From Sminthopsis crassicaudata (Eukaryota): a DNA stretch of 64,000 bases. Made by a program: the position numbers and the translations under genes. The notes beneath the pieces were generated by a model. The model made no database searches. It was not told the origin of the DNA and saw nothing but the letters and a program-made list of their open reading frames with translations. Positions 60,301 to 64,000 of this stretch are shown here, in pieces; position 1 is the first letter of the stretch, and every line of letters starts with the position of its first letter. Location: the NCBI RefSeq assembly GCF_048593235.1, contig NC_133619.1, positions 614,646,558 to 614,710,557 of the forward strand. The letters are read 5' to 3'.

Positions 60301-61367
60301 ACCTGAAGTCTTAGGAGTCCTGGTTAGAGAGTAGGGCCTCAGACACATTTCTGTGGCACGTCTACATTGAAGAGAAATGGCACAGGAGATGCAGTAGGGG
60401 AGCCTGGAATGCCCACCCAGAGATCTCGTGGGCCCCAGCGAGCAAGGATCCTCTGAGCTGAGATACAGAATCAGAAGCAGGATGGTGTTAAGAACAAAGC
60501 AAATAAAGAAGTTCTTTGGTAGGGACTCAAAAATCAGAATACTTCTAGAAGATCCCTTCAAGGTCTTTTCTTGTGTGGTGGGAAGAATTGAGAATTCTGG
60601 GATTCAGGTTCAAATCCTGCTCTAACACTCATTAGCCATCAAGGCTAGACCTTTGACACCTCAATTTCCTTTTGATTTTGTACCATGAATATAAGTCACA
60701 ATTACAAGTTGTTTGGCCTTTTTGGGTGTGTTTTGATCTTAGAGTAGAATTTATGGAATTTCCCTGTAGAAAATCAGGCTCTGGTCGTGCTTGTTGCACA
60801 GCTAGAATCCCAGCTTCTAGAAAGTTGGAAGGTGGTGGAGGCTCTTGAGCGGGGTAGTTGTGAGCCACAGCAGATTAAGCCAGTTGGGTGTCTGCAACAA
60901 GTCTGACCCCACTGTGGCGAGCCCCAAAGAGTCAGGGGTGCTTGGGTCCCTGCTGTGGGGTAGCTTGGTCCTGGGTAGAACAGAGGCTGTCCAAAGTTCT
61001 GGACTGATCAGCAAGCTGCCCTTCCTGCCTGATCTCGGGACAAAAAAGCCAAGACAGACAGAAAAAAGGAAATACAAAGGAAAGCGACTAGGAGGCGGCT
61101 TTTTTACATCTTAAATCTTTTCCTTTTTTCTTGGAACATTAGTTCCCGCTGTTGCTGATGATCTGAAATGCTGATTTGAAGCAGTGCTCTGGTCAGCATC
61201 ACGGAGCCCACAGCTTGCAAGGACCCAGGATGGGGGTCAGGGCAGTGGAGGAGGCCCTCAGGCCAGCAGTGACCCCTTCTCTCTCTGTTTTCAGGAAGAG
61301 CAGTATTATTGTGGCTGCAGACGAGAGCACCATAAGCTGGGGCCCATCGCCAACCTTCGGCGAACTG
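28944..61367 (+). CDS. RCC2: RCC2 / TD-60 (RCC1-repeat beta-propeller protein), spliced CDS of 10 coding exons, 3'-incomplete in this window
   Basis: Ten GT-AG exons (354+94+144+132+89+115+167+181+106+73 = 1455 nt, 485 codons) join with compatible phases into one frame matching the human RCC2 sequence as I recall it: MPRKK...VVITEPEHTKER / KLEGSKC.GQLLIFGATNWDLIGRKEVPKQQ ... SWGPSPTFGEL. The C-terminal GYGDHKPK...YNPRTL exons were not found before 64000. Confidence 0.98.
31939..32143 (-). mobile_element. WSINE1-like SINE carrying an internal insertion of ~35-45 bp
   Basis: SINE consensus interrupted at ~32035-32080. Confidence 0.8.
32737..32912 (-). mobile_element. Second copy of the same hAT (OC1-like) MITE, opposite orientation
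   Basis: TAGGGGTTCTCAAACT ... AGTTTGAGGACCACTG. Perfect 8-bp TSD CCATAGTG (32729-32736, 32913-32920). Internal sequence is homologous to 7801-7991. Confidence 0.9.
38254..38842 (-). mobile_element. 5'-truncated L1 in the RCC2 intron 29298-42298
   Basis: Antisense L1 3'UTR. Perfect 16-bp TSD GAAACCAATTATTTTG (38238-38253, 38843-38858). Confidence 0.85.
39249..39720 (-). mobile_element. 5'-truncated L1 in the RCC2 intron 29298-42298
   Basis: 17-bp TSD CAAGGCC(T/C)ACCATTTTA (39232-39248, 39721-39737). Confidence 0.88.
40139..40336 (-). mobile_element. Short 5'-truncated L1 with poly(T) tail on the + strand
   Basis: 15-bp TSD ACATGTCAGT(A/C)ATCT (40124-40138, 40337-40351). Confidence 0.88.
42299..42392 (+). 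CDS. RCC2: RCC2 coding exon 2 (KLEGSKCRGQLLIFGATNWDLIGRKEVPKQQ)
   Basis: Pyrimidine tract + tttgtag|AAA; CAAG|gtagga; 94 nt. Confidence 0.97.
44408..44660 (+). repeat. Degenerate ~56-bp tandem repeat (core CACTTAGTAGGT at 44408, 44466, 44522, 44578), resembling an L2 3' tail
   Basis: Four clear cores spaced 58/56/56 bp plus a weak fifth. Resembles the L2 end gcacatagtaggtgcttaataaatgtttg. Confidence 0.8.
44881..45024 (+). CDS. RCC2: RCC2 coding exon 3 (AAYRNLGQNLWGPHRYGCLSGVQVRTVVSGPCAAHSLLITTEGKLWSW)
   Basis: gttccag|CT; TGGG|gtaagt; 144 nt. Confidence 0.97.
47086..47223 (+). mobile_element. WSINE1-like SINE inserted into a MIR
   Basis: A tail; TSD TGGGATTTG at 47077-47085 and 47224-47232. 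Confidence 0.85.
48185..48670 (+). repeat. 33-bp minisatellite array B (~14 units), in the RCC2 intron 45025-49683
   Basis: Same unit and orientation as array A. Runs out into MIR-like sequence at ~48670-48725. Confidence 0.97.
48811..48974. mobile_element. Possible old hAT MITE
   Basis: CAGTGTTGTCAAAC ... GTCTGACAGCTG imperfect TIRs; no matching TSD. Confidence 0.4.
49684..49815 (+). CDS. RCC2: RCC2 coding exon 4 (GRNEKGQLGHGDTKRVEAPKLIEVLSKEVIVSAACGRNHTLALT)
   Basis: cttctcag|GT; ACAG|gtatgc; 132 nt; RCC1-repeat signature GQLGHG. Confidence 0.97.
50208..50296 (+). CDS. RCC2: RCC2 coding exon 5 (ETGSVFAFGENKMGQLGLGNQTDAIPSPAQ)
   Basis: ctcctag|AA; CAG|gtaatt; 89 nt. Confidence 0.97.
52090..52670 (-). 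mobile_element. Older L1 3' fragment in the RCC2 intron 50297-53726
   Basis: Antisense L1 3'UTR/ORF2-end motifs; no clear TSD. Confidence 0.75.
53380..53690 (+). repeat. CT-rich low-complexity tract just upstream of RCC2 coding exon 6; similar tracts at 6952-7110, 10170-10270, 15241-15360 (GA), 24488-24620 and 35568-35730
   Basis: Almost pure pyrimidine on the + strand. Confidence 0.9.
53727..53841 (+). CDS. RCC2: RCC2 coding exon 6 (IMYNGQPITKMACGAEFSMIMDCKGNLYSFGCPEYGQL)
   Basis: tttttag|ATA; CTGG|gtatgg; 115 nt. Confidence 0.97.
54656..54890 (+). repeat. G-rich 35-45 bp tandem repeat (CCACAGAGTATATGGAGAGCTTTAGGGCTGGGG), 6 units
   Basis: Unit starts at 54656, 54701, 54736, 54773, 54808, 54852. 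Confidence 0.85.
55672..55838 (+). CDS. RCC2: RCC2 coding exon 7 (GHNSDGKFIARAQRIEYDCELVPRRVAIFIEKTKDGQILPVPNVVVRDVACGTNHT)
   Basis: gtgacag|GA; ACG|gtaagg; 167 nt. Confidence 0.97.
57271..57336 (+). repeat. (TG)33 microsatellite in the RCC2 intron 55839-57708
   Basis: Pure TG run. Confidence 0.98.
57709..57889 (+). CDS. RCC2: RCC2 coding exon 8 (LVLDSQKRVFSWGFGGYGRLGHAEQKDEMVPRLVKLFDFPGRGAAQIYAGYTCSFAVSEV)
   Basis: gtatacag|CTG; GTGG|gttagt; 181 nt. Confidence 0.97.
58330..58450 (+). repeat. Degenerate relative of the 33-bp repeat, ~4 units
   Basis: Recurrent (c/t)ttagaaca...gtcag...ggaagggg; ends cccctagaacacagaaggtc. Confidence 0.6.
59091..59196 (+). CDS. RCC2: RCC2 coding exon 9 (GGLFFWGATNTSRESTMYPKAVQDLCGWKIRSLAC)
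   Basis: ttctttag|GT; TGTGG|gtaagt; 106 nt. Confidence 0.97.
59881..60277 (+). repeat. 33-bp minisatellite array C (~12 units), in the RCC2 intron 59197-61294
   Basis: Same unit and orientation as arrays A and B. Confidence 0.97.
61295..61367 (+). CDS. RCC2: RCC2 coding exon 10 (GKSSIIVAADESTISWGPSPTFGEL)
   Basis: gttttcag|G; CTG|gtaaga; 73 nt. Confidence 0.96.
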
Positions 61368-62744
61368 GTAAGAAGGCAGCATCTTGGCTGATGTGAGGGG
61401 AGGGGAAGGGAAGGATCAAAGGCCCGGAGCAGCTGCTAGTCTAGAGGGCCACTCACCAGGCTTTCTGTCCAGCTTTCTGTGTCCCCCTGCAGTCAAATCC
61501 CCAGTTATCTCCATCTGTAAAACCAAGGGGCCATCCAAGATCCCTTCTTTGCAGTTCTCGTGTTCTAGTCTCCTTGGTCTCCCCATCTGTTCGATGTAAG
61601 TGTTTTCCCCAATTTTCTTGAAACCTTCATTCGTTTAGAGAATAGACGTTTACCGAAGGTTTGGATGTGCCCAGACTTGAGCCCGAGAGCTTTGAGGATC
61701 CTCGATGAAGGGCCTGGTCCCTCTGGAGCGTGGTTGTGATAAAACAAAGGCAGGTTAGCGAAGCAGGTGGAGTCTCAGACTTGGGAATACCAAGTTAACT
61801 CCCCAGCTCTGTTAGCATCTTTGTGTTCCTGGGTCTATACTTCAGGTTACTCCTTGATATAAAAAGTTCCCACTCCAGAACTTTCTCGTGCTTAGATCCT
61901 ACAGATAAAGACCGGACACGGAGGACTGAAGTACAGAGTTCTCCTTTATATATTTCTGGATTTTATAGTCTTGGCTATTCGCCTCCAGGTCTATTCAGAT
62001 ATGGCCATGGGCTTCTTCTGGTGACTGTTCCTGTAAACACGGGTTGAGTTGGGATTTTCTAAAAATCAGTTCTCCCTAAACTCCATAAAAGATGTTTTTT
62101 TCTATGGCAAGGGACAGCTCCATGTCTCCCGTCTGTCTCACTGCCTATTTTCCCATGACAATTAGTGGGTTAGGATTTGTCTCCCTTTTAAAACAGAGCA
62201 AATAAATACCCTTTGGACTCTCACTTTTCCAGGCCCATCAAAGCCTTTTCAGATGCTGACGGCCCATAAGGACTAGTGGGGAAGGAGTCATTAGCAGATG
62301 TCACAAAGTGGTGGCCCTCGGCTCTCTCGGGAGCTCCCCCACTTTACTAAATTGGCTTGCGTTCTGTCTTCTCCATTTTTAGTCTCAATTACTCGAGTGA
62401 TTAAGGCAGGGCTAATGGACCATCACTACCCTGATCGGGTCCCAGAGGGGCCCATGAATCAATTCCCTCCTCTGTCTATTTCCCTGGCGGCACAGGAACG
62501 GAGCACGGCCAAAATGAGACCTGGGTGCTCGCGCCTTGGCCTTGGAAGGTCGCTGCGACTGGTCCCCCGCATTTACAGGTGTGGAAACTGAGGCACGGCC
62601 AGTAGAACGTGGCTGAGCCGGCATTCAGACCCAAACTCCTCTGCTTTTCCCAGGGTACCATCGTCCTCCTGAGCCTGATACAAAGACAGTATGACACAGT
62701 GGTTAGTGCGGGACCTGGGTTAAGGCAGGTCTCTGATAGATTTG

Positions 62745-62912
62745 ACCCAGGTTCGTGACCCAGGATCTGTGAACTTTTGATAAAACTGCGTTCTCTGTAA
62801 CTGGTTTCCTTTTAATCTTTATTTTTATGCATTTAATAGCATTTTTCTGATGAGAATCCATGGGTTTTACTAAAGTTCCTAGGGAAAAAAACATGGTTGG
62901 GAAAACTGCTAT
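62745..62912. mobile_element. Possible old hAT/Charlie-type MITE remnant
   Basis: ggatctgtgaac...ttggtttcct...ttttatgcattt...ctgatgagaatccatggg...aaaaaaacatggttgggaaaactg resembles marsupial Charlie MITEs as recalled; not verified. Confidence 0.4.
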
Positions 62913-63310
62913 AAAGGCTCCTAAGTTGCAGCCTAGCCTAGGCATCTGTAGACATTTGCATACCTGAAGCTTCCTATTTCGGCGAGTTAGTGGTTGGATT
63001 TAGAAGGGGAAGTAGAGGGAGAGTTGTCTTGTCTGACTCCCTCAGTGATTTTAATACTAATAATGGCCAGCACTATACACTCCGTGCTGTGTGCCGGACT
63101 CTGTGCTAAACAGTTTATAAATATTCTCTCTCTTGCTCCTCACAGCAACCCCAGAAAGTATTGTTAACCCCATTTTATAGATGAAGAAACTGAGGCAAGG
63201 AGCTTGCCCAGTACATGCTTATAAGTTAAGTGTCTGAGATCAGGTGCTTTGGGTTTCCCTGACTGTAGACTTGATTCTCAATCTGCTGAGCATTTTGAAA
63301 ATGGGCTTTA

Positions 63311-63577
63311 CATGCTATTTGTGGAACTATGAATAGAAAAATTGCACGTGTTTAACATATATTAGGGAGGGGGAAGGGGTAGGGGGGAGGAAGGGAATAA
63401 ATTTAGAACAAGATTTTGTAAAGGTGAATGCTGAACATTATCCATGTATATATTTTGAAAATAAACTAATTAAAAAAAGAAAGAAGAAAAAGTGGGCTTT
63501 AAATGGTGGCCCATTTGTGGAAAGAAGGCCGAAAATTATCCATGTATATATTTTGAAAATAAAAAGCTAAAAAAAGA
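63311..63577 (+). mobile_element. L1 tail with a locally duplicated 3' end
   Basis: Flanked by GAAAATGGGCTTTA at 63297-63310 and 63578-63591. Confidence 0.75.
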
Positions 63578-64000
63578 GAAAATGGGCTTTAAACAGTAGC
63601 CCTTCTGTGGAAAGGTTTCTCATCCTTGACTACTGCTTCTTGACTGAGAGATTTCTGAATCCCAGTGCCACCGCCTTTAAATTGGGGGTGAGCTTACTAC
63701 TGGGACCTCCTGAGGCTTTGGGGTGGGCCTCAGCCCCTGAGCTGGGCCCCGGCGCTTTCCCCTACCAGTCATGTGCCTTACTCCTAGAAATGTGACCCTC
63801 TTTGTCTCCCTCTTATCTTCCCTCCACAATCAGAGCTGAAAGCACCTGAACCCCAGCAGCAGGGGAGGGCCCGCTGCAGCCTTGCTATCTGCTGAGCCCC
63901 CATCGGTGAGCTCCAGGCTCCTCCGTCTCCAAGCTTTCCATCCTGATTACTCTTATTTACTCAGGAGGAATACGAGCTGGGGATTCCCTCCTGTCAATCA

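Noticed and set aside
62001-62024. ATGGCCATGGGC resembling the start of the RCC2 last exon (VAMGY...)
   Set aside because: Continues FFW-stop with no further similarity, and it would precede the missing penultimate exon. Chance match.

Overview
Eukaryotic (mammalian) genomic DNA, very probably from a dasyurid marsupial such as the Tasmanian devil. The species call is inferred from marsupial CORE-SINEs (Mar1/WSINE1-like), marsupial L1 3' ends and OC1-like hAT MITEs. The window holds one recognisable protein gene, RCC2 (regulator of chromosome condensation 2 / TD-60), on the + strand. It has a CpG-island promoter (~26.8-30.1 kb) and 10 coding exons from ATG 28944 to 61367 that splice with GT-AG ends into one 485-codon open frame. 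The last ~60 aa (two exons in human) were not found and presumably lie beyond the window. The first 26 kb is repeat-rich intergenic DNA with five of the six N gaps. Almost all entries in the ORF track are artefacts of alternative starts, repeats, Ns or high GC. The most notable unexplained structures are: (1) a 33-bp minisatellite with the same derived unit at three loci up to 60 kb apart; (2) a mosaic direct-plus-inverted templated duplication at 22.8-25.2 kb; (3) two long UG tracts in RCC2 pre-mRNA at splice-relevant positions; (4) an apparent L1 3' transduction; (5) a MIR>LTR>hAT nested insertion. No prokaryote-type system (CRISPR, operon) is present, and none of these findings is demonstrated to be a new biological system.
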